The notes below the pieces were generated by a model that worked only from the letters and a program-made list of their open reading frames with translations, did not search any database and was not told where the DNA came from. From positions 930,001-962,000 of the forward strand of contig CP178758.1 of the NCBI GenBank assembly GCA_047651235.1: a stretch of DNA of 32,000 nucleotides, read 5' to 3'. Source of the stretch: Candidatus Electrothrix yaqonensis. Its GTDB lineage: Bacteria > Desulfobacterota > Desulfobulbia > Desulfobulbales > Desulfobulbaceae. Shown piece after piece: positions 17,110 to 26,718 of this stretch. Numbering within the stretch: position 1 is the stretch's first letter; every line of letters begins with the position of its first letter. The position numbers and the translations under genes were made by a program.

Positions 17110-18420
17110 ATGAAAATAGCAATGATCGGTACAGGGTATGTCGGTCTGGTAACCGGAACCTGTTTTGCCGAGTTCGGGCATGATGTCATCTGTGTGGATA
17201 AAATAGAGGAAAAAATTGAGCTGCTCCGGGACGGAAAAATACCCATTTACGAGCCGGGGCTGGATCTCATGGTAGCCAAAAATGTCGCAGAAGGTCGGCT
17301 GCAGTTCACCACGGAACTGGCCGATGCGGTCCCGGAAGCAGATGCCGTATTTATCGCGGTGGGCACCCCGACCTCACGCCGGGGCGACGGCTATGCCGAT
17401 CTGACCTATATTTATGCGGCAGCCAAGGAACTGGCTGAATTTCTGGAGGGATACACGGTTATTGTGGATAAAAGCACAGTACCGGCGGGAACGGCCCGGC
17501 AGGTGGCGAGGATTATCCATGAAACCAGCCCGGAAGCGGATTTTGATGTGGCGTCGAATCCTGAGTTTCTCCGGGAAGGAGCGGCCATTGCCGACTTCAT
17601 GCGGCCGGACAGAGTGGTGATCGGGGTGGAATCAGAGCGGTCCGAGCAAGTTCTGCGGGAAATCTACAAACCGCTTTTCCTGCAGGACACCCCCATTGTC
17701 AGCACCACCATTGAAACGGCAGAGCTGACCAAGTATGCTGCCAATGCCTTTCTTGCTGTAAAGATAAGTTTTATCAATGAGATGGCTGCTGTCTGCGAGG
17801 CCGTGGGAGCTAATGTCGTTGACTTGGCCAAGGGCATCGGTATGGATGGTCGGATCGGCGGTAAATTTCTCCATCCCGGTCCCGGATACGGCGGGTCCTG
17901 TTTTCCCAAGGATACCTTGGCTCTGATGCGTCTTGTCCAGGAATACGGGACAAGCATGCGCATTGTTGAAGCTGCGGTAGAGGTCAATGCGGCTCAGAAG
18001 GCGCGTATGGTCAAAAAGATTCGGGATGCGCTGGGTGGTTCGGAGGCCGGAAAGACCATTGCTGTGCTCGGCCTGACGTTTAAACCGGAAACCGATGATA
18101 TGCGTGATGCACCGGCGCTGACCATTCTGCCTGCGCTTCTGGAAAAAGGAGCAGTAATCAGAGCGCATGACCCAAAGGGCATGGAAGAGGCAGGAAAATA
18201 TCTGCCTGAGGATGTCAGGTATATGGAGGATGCCTATACTGCCTGTGCTGGAGCAGATGCTGTTGTGCTGATGACGGAATGGAATCAGTACCGCGCCTTA
18301 GATCTGGACCGGCTGAAAGCCGAGATGAACACACCGGTGTTTATTGATCTACGCAATGTCTATGAACCTGAGAGAATGCAGGAAATGGGATTCAGTTATG
18401 TCGGCGTAGGCAGGCAGTAG
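17110..18420 (+). CDS. ugd: UDP-glucose 6-dehydrogenase
   Basis: MKIAMIGTGYVGLVTG Rossmann fold, NPEFLREG, and GYGGSCFPKD with the catalytic Cys. Confidence 0.9.
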   Translation: MKIAMIGTGYVGLVTGTCFAEFGHDVICVDKIEEKIELLRDGKIPIYEPGLDLMVAKNVAEGRLQFTTELADAVPEADAVFIAVGTPTSRRGDGYADLTYIYAAAKELAEFLEGYTVIVDKSTVPAGTARQVARIIHETSPEADFDVASNPEFLREGAAIADFMRPDRVVIGVESERSEQVLREIYKPLFLQDTPIVSTTIETAELTKYAANAFLAVKISFINEMAAVCEAVGANVVDLAKGIGMDGRIGGKFLHPGPGYGGSCFPKDTLALMRLVQEYGTSMRIVEAAVEVNAAQKARMVKKIRDALGGSEAGKTIAVLGLTFKPETDDMRDAPALTILPALLEKGAVIRAHDPKGMEEAGKYLPEDVRYMEDAYTACAGADAVVLMTEWNQYRALDLDRLKAEMNTPVFIDLRNVYEPERMQEMGFSYVGVGRQ

Positions 18421-18445
18421 GGGAGGGGGCTTACCCATTCTATAT

Positions 18446-18463
18446 CCCGCCCTAATGGGCGGG
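18446..18463. terminator. GC hairpin between convergent ugd and the small Cys-rich gene (no U-run)
   Basis: CCCGCCC-TAAT-GGGCGGG. Confidence 0.3.
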
Positions 18464-18518
18464 TAATTAAGCACGGTCGTTCTGAACCCTGAACCTCTGC
18501 TTCGGATTTACCGGGGTA

Positions 18519-18770
18519 TTATTTGCGGCGGGAGGAAGAAGCACGCTTTGCGGCTTTGAGGGGGTTAAGCCGTACCTTAACCGCCTTGATTTCCGGTTTC
18601 GCGTGGGTAGCGAAATTACATATGCCTAAGCGCCATTTTGCTGCCGGATTAACATACGTTTTGCAGTACTGGTTCTCGTTTTCCTCAACAATGCGGTCAC
18701 AGCCGTTGCACTGCTCAATAACCGGCTGAAAGGACGTGGTGCTGTACGTCCCTGCTTTACTGGTCTGCAT
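18519..18770 (-). CDS. small cysteine-rich protein (PxxKW-type motif NPAAKW)
   Basis: 83 aa with CNGC...C...C spacing, a PAAKW motif and a basic tail. The family name is from memory only. Confidence 0.5.
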   Translation of the reverse strand: MQTSKAGTYSTTSFQPVIEQCNGCDRIVEENENQYCKTYVNPAAKWRLGICNFATHAKPEIKAVKVRLNPLKAAKRASSSRRK

Positions 18771-18951
18771 TTTACGAACCTCCTAAAAATATAATATTTC
18801 TCTTGAATCAGAACGGAATTTTCCATACAATAGAGAGGATATATGTTGTTTGCTTAGAGCTAAAATAGTATCTTATAAAGACTATTTCTCCAGCTGTCAA
18901 GCTGATTATCCGGTCTTTCCGGTTATACTAACCATTTCTGGAGCTTACATT

Positions 18952-20157
18952 ATGCCTGTCTACGTTTGGAAGGGAAAAAATACCTTAGGCAGTAAAATCA
19001 AAGGTGAAATAGAGGCTGGAAATGAAGCAGCTGTTCTCGGTCAGCTGAAGCGGCTGCGTATTCAGAATCCGAAGGTCAAGGAAAAACCGAAGGATATGTT
19101 TGAAAACGTGGCTTTTCTGCAGCCTAAGGTGACCGGAAAGGACGTGGTTATCTTTACCCGGCAGATGTCCACTATGATTGATGCCGGGCTGCCCCTGGTG
19201 CAGAGCCTGCAGATTTTGTCCAAGCAGCAGGAAAACCCCAGCTTTAAAAAAGCGCTGGTTGAGATTGTCGGGGATGTTGAGACCGGTATGACCCTAGCTG
19301 ACGGTATGCGGAAACATCCGAAATGCTTTGATCCGCTTTTCTGCAATATGATTGAGGCTGGTGAGGTCGGTGGTATCCTCGATACCATTCTCGGCCGCCT
19401 GGCTGAATTCAAAGAGAAATCTATGGCTTTGCAGAAAAAGATCAAGGGAGCCATGACCTATCCGGTAATCTGTCTCGGTATTTCCATTCTTATCCTTGCT
19501 GTTATTCTGATTTTTGTTATTCCGGTTTTTCAGGAGATGTTTGCCAGTATGGGCGGTGCGCTGCCGACACCGACCCAGATAGTTGTTGATATGAGTGAGT
19601 TTGCCAAGTCGAACTTTCTTTATATAATTATAGCCGCATTTGTTGTCAGTTTTATCTTTAAAAAGTACTATGCCACGGACAAGGGGAAGCTGAAGATTGA
19701 CGGTCTGCTGCTCCATGCTCCTATTGCAGGCGTCCTGATCCGCAAGGTGGCTGTGGCCAAGTTCACCCGCACCCTCAGCACCATGCTTGAGAGCGGAGTG
19801 CCTATTCTTGATGCCCTGCAGGTTGTGGCCAAGACCGCAGGCAATAAGGTGATTGAACGGGCTGTTTTTCATGTGGCGGATTCCATCGCCGAAGGCCGCC
19901 CGATTGCCGAGCCGCTTGAGGAATCCGGGGTGTTCCCCAATATGGTCGTGCAGATGATCAATGTCGGTGAATCTGTCGGTGCCCTTGACGCCATGCTCTC
20001 TAAAATTGCCGATTTTTACGATGAAGAGGTTGATCAGGCTGTGGAAAACCTGACGGCCATGATTGAGCCGTTTATGATGGTTTTTCTGGGCGGTATGATT
20101 GGCGGGTTGGTTGTTGCCATGTATCTGCCTATTTTTACGATGGCTGATGCGATCTGA
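18952..20157 (+). CDS. pilC: type IV pilus assembly / T2SS F-family inner-membrane platform protein
   Basis: Duplicated GspF domains (FTRQMSTMIDAGLPLVQSL and FTRTLSTMLESGVPILDAL). I prefer ATG 18952 (GGAG upstream) over the TTG at 18850. Confidence 0.85.
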   Translation: MPVYVWKGKNTLGSKIKGEIEAGNEAAVLGQLKRLRIQNPKVKEKPKDMFENVAFLQPKVTGKDVVIFTRQMSTMIDAGLPLVQSLQILSKQQENPSFKKALVEIVGDVETGMTLADGMRKHPKCFDPLFCNMIEAGEVGGILDTILGRLAEFKEKSMALQKKIKGAMTYPVICLGISILILAVILIFVIPVFQEMFASMGGALPTPTQIVVDMSEFAKSNFLYIIIAAFVVSFIFKKYYATDKGKLKIDGLLLHAPIAGVLIRKVAVAKFTRTLSTMLESGVPILDALQVVAKTAGNKVIERAVFHVADSIAEGRPIAEPLEESGVFPNMVVQMINVGESVGALDAMLSKIADFYDEEVDQAVENLTAMIEPFMMVFLGGMIGGLVVAMYLPIFTMADAI

Positions 20158-20205
20158 TGTTCAACGAAGAAAAAAATGGTGACGAATAATCAGGATGGAG
20201 GTGGG

Positions 20206-20250
20206 ATAACAGCCGATTCTGATTGACATGGCTGTTATATTTCGTATCAT
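20206..20250 (+). promoter_or_regulatory. sigma70-like promoter (TTGACA, 16 nt, TATCAT) with a 9-bp inverted repeat straddling the -35
   Basis: TTGACA at 20223-20228 and TATCAT at 20245-20250. ATAACAGCC (20206-20214) pairs with GGCTGTTAT (20230-20238). Confidence 0.5.
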
Positions 20251-20311
20251 ACAATAGATTTAGATTGAAAAATCAGAAAAACCATTTTAATTATTCTGGA
20301 GGTATTGATAC

Positions 20312-20599
20312 ATGACCCTGACAAAAGCCAATCTCGTGCAGGAGGTCTATCAGAATCATCCCGGCCTGACAAAAGCCCAGGCCACGGATTCTGTAGAGAC
20401 GTTTATCACGCTGGTCAAGGAATCCCTGATTTCCGGGGAGGATCTGCTGCTGAGCGGTTTCGGCAAATTTAATGTGAAGGACAAGCGGCCGAGACGCGGA
20501 CGTAACCCGCAGACAGGTGATGAGCTGATTCTTGACGCCAGACGGGTGATTACCTTTAAGCCGTCCGGTATTCTGCGGAATAAGATCAACGCAGCATAA
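20312..20599 (+). CDS. ihfA: HU/IHF-family DNA-binding protein, IHF-alpha-like
   Basis: LTKA..., LSGFGKFNVKDKRPRRGRNPQTGDELILDARRVITFKPS. Confidence 0.8.
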   Translation: MTLTKANLVQEVYQNHPGLTKAQATDSVETFITLVKESLISGEDLLLSGFGKFNVKDKRPRRGRNPQTGDELILDARRVITFKPSGILRNKINAA

Positions 20600-20635
20600 C
20601 TGTTCCGAAGCGAGTATCGCTGAATACTACTGCAG

Positions 20636-20680
20636 AACCGGGGGGCGCTCAAAGCCTCCCGGTTGCCTCTTCTTTTTTTC
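20636..20680 (+). terminator. rho-independent terminator of the IHF-like gene
   Basis: 10-bp stem AACCGGGGGG / CCTCCCGGTT (one G-U pair), then a T-run at 20672-20679. Confidence 0.55.
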
Positions 20681-20706
20681 TCCCCCATCCTCAACATTTC
20701 AACAGC

Positions 20707-20828
20707 CTTAGGAGTTACGCAGTTGGTTTTATAACCCGCTGATTTTGTTCAACTGACGGTTTTTACCTCCAACAAGCGAACCTATTGTAACACTTGAGAT
20801 TCTTGTTTTCAACTGCGTAACTCCTAAG
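20707..20828. repeat. perfect 19-bp inverted repeat CTTAGGAGTTACGCAGTTG with an 84-nt spacer
   Basis: 20707-20725 is the exact reverse complement of 20810-20828. Confidence 0.9.
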
Positions 20829-20849
20829 CCTATTTCATCTGCTTTCAAC

Positions 20850-21839
20850 GTGAAAAAGCCACCAGTCCGCTATTGTCAGGTTAAAATTGCAGATATTGAT
20901 CTTGCGGATACGAGTTACGCCCTGAATCCGTTCATCGGAGAAGAGATTAACGATGAGCTCCTGCAGAGTATACTCCAATTCGGGATACTGCATCCCCCGT
21001 TGCTGCTGGAAAGAAAGAATGATACCGTGGTTGTGCTTTCAGGAAGAAAGCGGATACAGGCTGTTCGGGCTGCCTGTAAAAAAGAACAGGAGGGTTGTTT
21101 AATTCCTGCTTTTATCATTGAACATGCCCGTAACGATGATCTGCTGTTTTTTATGACGCTGCTGCGTCACCGACAGATCGGCGGCAACCTGAGTGTTGTT
21201 GAACAGGCAGTTTTTTTGCGCAAGGCGATGAATACGTTGGCCGCCGAGGAGGTGCTGGAACTTCTCCCTATGCTGGGCCTAAAGACAAAAAAGCACCTGC
21301 TGGACCAGCTTATCAGCCTGCTGGAGCTGGATGCTTCTGTGCAGTCGGGACTGCATCAGGGAACGATTGCACAACGATCAGGACAGAAGCTGGCCCGTTT
21401 TTCCCGGACTGATCAGAAGACGCTGGCCGATTGTATTGATGCATACCGGCTTGGAGGTTCAAAACAGCAAAAGCTGATTGATGCTGTTTTTGAGCTGACC
21501 AGACGACGGCAGATTTCAGCGGCGCAACTGCTCAGTTCCTGGCAGCAGGAAGAAGGGGAAAGGGAACAACAGGAGAACGGACCGCAGAGAGTTGCCTCGC
21601 TGTTTCGCTGGCTGGAGAAAGAATGTCATCCAAAATCCACTCAGGCCGAAGAAGAATTCAGGGATTTCTGCAGGCAGCTGCAGCTTCATCCGGGTATGCA
21701 GATTGAGCACAGCCCGGCCTTTGAAGAAGAACGGGTGACGTTACATATGGAGTTCAGCTCAAAGGAAGAATTAACAGCAGCTCTACCGCAGCTGCGTTCA
21801 GCTTTTCAGCAGGCAATGAATGAAACGGCTTCAGAATGA
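20850..21839 (+). CDS. ParB N-terminal (ParB/Srx-like) domain protein, no ParA partner
   Basis: LNPFIGEEINDELLQSILQFGILHPPLLLERKNDTVVVLSGRKRIQAVRAA fits the ParB-N pattern (GxRR-like SGRKR). GTG start with no obvious SD. Confidence 0.6.
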   Translation: MKKPPVRYCQVKIADIDLADTSYALNPFIGEEINDELLQSILQFGILHPPLLLERKNDTVVVLSGRKRIQAVRAACKKEQEGCLIPAFIIEHARNDDLLFFMTLLRHRQIGGNLSVVEQAVFLRKAMNTLAAEEVLELLPMLGLKTKKHLLDQLISLLELDASVQSGLHQGTIAQRSGQKLARFSRTDQKTLADCIDAYRLGGSKQQKLIDAVFELTRRRQISAAQLLSSWQQEEGEREQQENGPQRVASLFRWLEKECHPKSTQAEEEFRDFCRQLQLHPGMQIEHSPAFEEERVTLHMEFSSKEELTAALPQLRSAFQQAMNETASE

Positions 21840-22972
21840 GTCTGCGCTGGCACGCTATCCGCTATCACCTTATCGAGTAAGCCCTGCACCAGAATATCCT
21901 GTCCGACCAGTTCCGTGGTGGTTTCCGCCAGACGGATTTTTTCTTTCCCCATACTGTATCCTGCGATCAGCGGAGTGCCTGCTTCGCCGATGAAATACGG
22001 AGCCATAAAAAGATAGACCTGATCAACCAGATGCTCCCGTAAAAAAGCACCGTGCATACCGGCTCCTCCTTCCACGAGCACCGAGGTGATATCTGCGCTG
22101 CCCAATTGCTGCAGTATCTGATGCAGATCAGGCCGTCCGTCCTGATTACTCTTCACCCGGTGGACAACTGCTCCTGCCTGTTCTAGTTTTCCCTGACGTT
22201 CTGCTGGAGCCTCTTTGCTGCAGAAAATCCATGTCCCCGCATCGGACTCCTGCCGGAGCATCTTGGCATCAGCAGGCAGCCGGAGCTGCGAATCCAGAAT
22301 CACCCGGAGCGGATCTCTGCTCTCGTTTCCCTCTTCCAGCAGCCGGGTGGTCAGAAAAGGATTATCGATCAAGGCGGTGCCGCTGCCGATCAGGATGGCA
22401 TCCAGCTGATTGCGGAGTTCATGCACCCGTTGTCTGGAGACAGGCCCGGTTATTGCGCCGCCTTGACCGCGTTGCGGACTGATCTTGCCATCCAGGCTCA
22501 TACCCGCTTTCATAACCACCCAGGGAAGGCCGGTGGTCGAATGCTTGAGAAAGGGGTAGTTGAGCTGTCTGCACTCCTGCTCCAGCACACCGATCCTGAC
22601 TTCAACTCCCTGACTGAGGAGGAACTCTGCTCCGCCTGCGGCAATTGGATTGGGATCCGGCATCCCGATGACCACCCGCCGTAGCCCGGCAGCAAGGATT
22701 GCCTGGGTGCAGGGCGGGGTTCTACCGGTATGGCTGCAGGGTTCCAGTGTCACATAGATGGTTGCCCCGGCACAACTCTTTCCGGCCTTTTCGGCATCGG
22801 TAAGGGCATTGACTTCGGCATGAGGCGTTCCGGCCCGGCGGTGATATCCTTTGCCGATGACTTGCTCATCCCGGACAATCACCGCGCCGACACAGGGATT
22901 GGGGGAGGTCCGGCCCAGCCCTTTTTTTGCCTCCTCAAGAGCAAGACGCATATAGCGGCTGTCGTGTTCCAT
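21806..22972 (-). CDS. ribD: bifunctional riboflavin biosynthesis deaminase/reductase
   Basis: HAEVNAL and PCSHTGRTPPC deaminase motifs plus a C-terminal reductase domain. Confidence 0.9.
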   Translation of the reverse strand: MEHDSRYMRLALEEAKKGLGRTSPNPCVGAVIVRDEQVIGKGYHRRAGTPHAEVNALTDAEKAGKSCAGATIYVTLEPCSHTGRTPPCTQAILAAGLRRVVIGMPDPNPIAAGGAEFLLSQGVEVRIGVLEQECRQLNYPFLKHSTTGLPWVVMKAGMSLDGKISPQRGQGGAITGPVSRQRVHELRNQLDAILIGSGTALIDNPFLTTRLLEEGNESRDPLRVILDSQLRLPADAKMLRQESDAGTWIFCSKEAPAERQGKLEQAGAVVHRVKSNQDGRPDLHQILQQLGSADITSVLVEGGAGMHGAFLREHLVDQVYLFMAPYFIGEAGTPLIAGYSMGKEKIRLAETTTELVGQDILVQGLLDKVIADSVPAQTHSEAVSFIAC

Positions 22973-22976
22973 CGGC

Positions 22977-23441
22977 TTATTTTTCCTGCTCTTTGCCGAG
23001 AAACTGCTTCAGCTCATCCACGAACTCGTTGACATCCTTGAACTGCCGATAAACTGAGGCAAAGCGGACATAGGCGACCTCGTCCAGATCGGGCAGGGCT
23101 TCCATGACCCATTCACCCATCTGAGAGGTCGAGATCTCCTTGCCGCCGACGTCCTGGAGCCGCTGTTCAATATGATCAACAAAGACATCAATCTCCTCAA
23201 TGCTCACCGGGCGTTTCTCACAGGCCTTTTCCAGGCCGAGGATCATCTTGCCCCGGTCCCACTGCTCGCGACGACCGTCTTTTTTCACTAACATGGGCAG
23301 CATCATTTCAATACGCTCATAGGTGGTGAAACGCTGGCTGCAGGCTTCGCAGTGACGCCGACGTCTGGTAATGGTTTTATCCTTGTTCAGACGGGAGTCA
23401 ATCACCCGGTTGTCCAATTGGCCGCAGTAGGGGCATTTCAT
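22977..23441 (-). CDS. nrdR: transcriptional repressor NrdR
   Basis: MKCPYCG...CEAC zinc ribbon plus an ATP-cone. Confidence 0.9.
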   Translation of the reverse strand: MKCPYCGQLDNRVIDSRLNKDKTITRRRRHCEACSQRFTTYERIEMMLPMLVKKDGRREQWDRGKMILGLEKACEKRPVSIEEIDVFVDHIEQRLQDVGGKEISTSQMGEWVMEALPDLDEVAYVRFASVYRQFKDVNEFVDELKQFLGKEQEK

Positions 23442-24721
23442 ATTGCGCTGTGCTGAGAGTGCTCTGCTGAAAATTTTTCCTGTTGCATCTCCGGGTAGAG
23501 CGGCAGCGTTTCGCAGAGCTGCCTGACCTCCTGCCGCACGGCACTGGTCTCTGCCGGTTCTTTGGAGACCAGCACCCGGTTGATCCAGTCGGCAATTCTA
23601 ATCATCTCAGCTTCCTTCAGCCCCCGGCTGGTCACTGTCGGTGTGCCGATGCGGATGCCGCTGGTGACAAAACGGGGCTGGGTATCAAAGGGGATAGCAT
23701 TCTTATTGACCGTCAGACCGGCATCTTCCAGCAACTCTTCCGCTTCCTTACCGGTAAGCCCTTTACTGCTCAGGTCAATGAGCATGAGATGGTTGTCCGT
23801 GCCGCCGGAAACAATGCGGAAACCATGCTCTGCCAGCCGTCCGGCCATGACCGAAGCATTAGTCACCACCTGCTGCTGGTACTGCCGGTATTCCCCGGTC
23901 ATGGCTTCCTTGAAAGCGACTGCTTTGGCTGCAATCACATGAACCAGCGGGCCGCCCTGAATACCGGGGAAGATATTTGAATCTAATACCTTGGCGAATT
24001 TTTTCTTTGCCAGGATCAGGCCGCCTCTGGGGCCGCGCAGAGTTTTGTGGGTGGTGGTGGTGACAAAATCAGCATAGGGAACCGGCGAGGGATGCACTCC
24101 GGCAGCGACCAGACCGGCGATATGGGCCATATCCACCATGAACAAAGCACCGATCTGATCGGCAATATGGCGGAATCCGGTAAAGTCGATGATGCGCGGA
24201 TAGGCACTGGCTCCGGCTACAATCATTTTGGGCCGGTTTTCAAAAGCGATGCGCTCCACCTCAGCCATGTCGATGGTCTCGGTGTCCCGCCTGACCCCGT
24301 AGGAAATGAAATTGAACAGCTTGCCGGAAAAGGAAACCGTGGCCCCGTGGGTCAGGTGCCCGCCGTGGGCCAAGTCCATGCCCAGCACCTTGTCGCCCGG
24401 CTTGAGGGTGGCGAAATAGACCGCCATGTTGGCCTGACTGCCGGAATGGGGCTGCACATTGGCGTATTCCGCCTGAAAAAGTTCTTTGGCCCGTTCACCA
24501 GCCAGCGACTCTACCGCATCAGCATAATCGCAGCCGCCATAATAGCGCCTGTTGGGATATCCTTCCGCGTATTTATTGGTGAAAATGGAACCCTGGGCCT
24601 CCAGCACCGCCGGAGAAACAAGATTTTCCGAGGCGATCAGCTCCAGTTGGTTGGTCTGGCGTTCAAGCTCGTATTGAATCTGCTGATAGATATCCGGGTC
24701 TGTTTCTTTTAGTGTTGCCAT
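23438..24721 (-). CDS. glyA: serine hydroxymethyltransferase
   Basis: [21 protein letters not shown]. Confidence 0.95.
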   Translation of the reverse strand: MATLKETDPDIYQQIQYELERQTNQLELIASENLVSPAVLEAQGSIFTNKYAEGYPNRRYYGGCDYADAVESLAGERAKELFQAEYANVQPHSGSQANMAVYFATLKPGDKVLGMDLAHGGHLTHGATVSFSGKLFNFISYGVRRDTETIDMAEVERIAFENRPKMIVAGASAYPRIIDFTGFRHIADQIGALFMVDMAHIAGLVAAGVHPSPVPYADFVTTTTHKTLRGPRGGLILAKKKFAKVLDSNIFPGIQGGPLVHVIAAKAVAFKEAMTGEYRQYQQQVVTNASVMAGRLAEHGFRIVSGGTDNHLMLIDLSSKGLTGKEAEELLEDAGLTVNKNAIPFDTQPRFVTSGIRIGTPTVTSRGLKEAEMIRIADWINRVLVSKEPAETSAVRQEVRQLCETLPLYPEMQQEKFSAEHSQHSAI

Positions 24722-24743
24722 GCCTTCAGTATTCTGTATCTAT

Positions 24744-24783
24744 GAATTAAAACCGGCAGCGCACCTGTTCCGGGGCTGCCGGT
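24744..24783 (-). terminator. rho-independent terminator downstream of the methyltransferase, 22 nt upstream of the glyA start
   Basis: 9-bp stem at 24752-24760 / 24775-24783 (ACCGGCAGC / GCTGCCGGT), followed on the minus strand by TTTAATT. Confidence 0.55.
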
Positions 24784-24813
24784 CAACTCGCCGAGAACAA
24801 ATAGAAATATTCT

Positions 24814-25797
24814 TCATCTTGCCGCCTTATCAGCCGGTTTCGCAAATAATGTCGGCTGAAATAACGGCAGTTTTGCTGTATTTGTGAACTGAACAGCCTG
24901 CTCAAGCCGTTTCAGCGAGCTGGTATGATACTCCGGGTTTACTTCAAAACCAATAAAATTACGATGCAGTATTTTTGCGGCAACTGCAGTTGTACCGCTT
25001 CCCATAAACGGGTCAAGAATGAGCTGATTTTCTTTCGTTGTCAGTTTTATCAGATACTCAATCAAACCAAGTGGTTTTTGTGCTTCGTGAATTCTTTTTT
25101 CATCTTTTGCAAAGCCGAATTCAAGGAGATTTGTCGGGCTGGCACCATTCAGCCTGCACCCGTCAATATTCATTGCACCCACGTCATTTTCCAAAATATT
25201 ATCCGTGATTGTGCCTCCAATTTTATACGGCTTCATAAACCATGCGACAGGTTCCCAAATCGGAGCCAAATTGCCAAGCCTCCAGCCCTGCCATTTTTCA
25301 GCTTCATCCTTCAGTCCTCTGCGCTCAAGAACAATACTCAGTCTCTGTGCTCTATGGTGGGCAGACGGTTTCTTCCACGCCAAGGTGTCTTTCAAGAGGA
25401 AGCCGTTTTCCTCAAATGCGTTGATAACTCTGTGAATTGTTCTTCTGGCACCGAAAACAAATAAAAAGGAACCGCTTTTCATTTTCGGGTAAACTTTGCT
25501 CGCCCAGTTTGCGCACCATTGCTGATATTCCAAGCCGATGTTTCTGTCAGATTGCGCCCAACCGTTGATCGGTTTTCCTCTGCGCTTAAAACCAGATTTT
25601 CCTTCCTGTGCTGGCGATTTTCCTAATAATGCAGAATTTGTATTATTATGCAGCACATCCCAATCATCAAGACTGATTCCATAAGGGATATCAGATAGAA
25701 ATAGATCAACGCTGTTGTCTGTCAGACGGGGCAGATACTCCAGACAGTTACCTTGTATGATTTTATTTAAGAAATTTTTATTCATACTGTTTTTCAA
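24814..25797 (-). CDS. beta-class DNA methyltransferase (N6-adenine or N4-cytosine)
   Basis: Motif IV-like SDIPYG lies N-terminal and motif I DPFMGSGTT lies C-terminal. Low GC. 4-nt overlap with the upstream endonuclease gene. Confidence 0.85.
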   Translation of the reverse strand: MKNSMNKNFLNKIIQGNCLEYLPRLTDNSVDLFLSDIPYGISLDDWDVLHNNTNSALLGKSPAQEGKSGFKRRGKPINGWAQSDRNIGLEYQQWCANWASKVYPKMKSGSFLFVFGARRTIHRVINAFEENGFLLKDTLAWKKPSAHHRAQRLSIVLERRGLKDEAEKWQGWRLGNLAPIWEPVAWFMKPYKIGGTITDNILENDVGAMNIDGCRLNGASPTNLLEFGFAKDEKRIHEAQKPLGLIEYLIKLTTKENQLILDPFMGSGTTAVAAKILHRNFIGFEVNPEYHTSSLKRLEQAVQFTNTAKLPLFQPTLFAKPADKAAR

Positions 25798-26708
25798 ACA
25801 AAGCCGAGGATCCCGTTATCACTGACTGAGTTGATTGCTTTGATCTTATTATCTATTTTGCTGGATTTTAAAATTTCCTTTATGGCTTCTTCCTTGGAAA
25901 ATTTCATAATCCGCTCCCGTTCCGATGCGAGAAAACCAAGAGCTTCTTCTCGTGAGACCTGAATTGCCTCCACAGATGCTCTTTTTTCTTCCTGCCATAT
26001 TTCACGGAGAGCAGCATCAAGCTGTAAAATTGTTCGGTTCACAGTTTGCCAATAAGCATTCGCGTCCTTCGAGGGATTCATCGCCTCAACGGTTTTGAAC
26101 ATCTCATGCACTAACTGCATCGCCTTGCTTTTTCCGCTTATCGCGGCATAACGAGAAAAGACGGCAAGATGTGTATACGTCGCGATACAAACAGATCTTG
26201 CCCCGGCCTGCTGGTATATTTGACTGGTACGTGAAGGCAGTTGATAGACCGGACAGACAACCATTGCATACGGTTTTCCGTGCTTCCAGCTATCCATTGC
26301 CTGCACTTTGAAATCTTTTTGATTTTTGGCTGTTCGGCTGAGTCTGAATGCCTTTGCATCGGCAACGAAACTGTACTCCCCACTCACACATTCCACATCG
26401 GCAACATTAGCCCGTTCTTTCAGGACGATGCTGTTGAACCCCATTGACAAGTATGCCTCATGAATAACGATATCAGTGTATTTTGAATATAATTTTTCAT
26501 CAGTCGTATCATGAAGATATCTCTCCGGGATGGCTCCGCACAAACGCAGATGCCCAAGCAATGAATCAAGACCTTTTTTGACAATCTCCTGTCCAAGTTC
26601 TTTTTCTATTTTTTCAGCATCAACACCGAAATCACCACTTAACCGACTGATTTCATCAATCCAGTACAGTCGTCTTTCAACCTGTTCTTGTGTAATTATT
26701 TCAGTCAT
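25794..26708 (-). CDS. type II restriction endonuclease, HindIII-like
   Basis: FVADAKAFRLSRTAKNQKDFKVQAMDSW and the flanking blocks closely match my recollection of R.HindIII (LVADAKSFRLSRTAKNQKDFKVKALSEW). I prefer ATG 26708 over the TTG at 26714. Confidence 0.75.
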   Translation of the reverse strand: MTEIITQEQVERRLYWIDEISRLSGDFGVDAEKIEKELGQEIVKKGLDSLLGHLRLCGAIPERYLHDTTDEKLYSKYTDIVIHEAYLSMGFNSIVLKERANVADVECVSGEYSFVADAKAFRLSRTAKNQKDFKVQAMDSWKHGKPYAMVVCPVYQLPSRTSQIYQQAGARSVCIATYTHLAVFSRYAAISGKSKAMQLVHEMFKTVEAMNPSKDANAYWQTVNRTILQLDAALREIWQEEKRASVEAIQVSREEALGFLASERERIMKFSKEEAIKEILKSSKIDNKIKAINSVSDNGILGFV

Positions 26709-26718
26709 TTGCAAGCGG

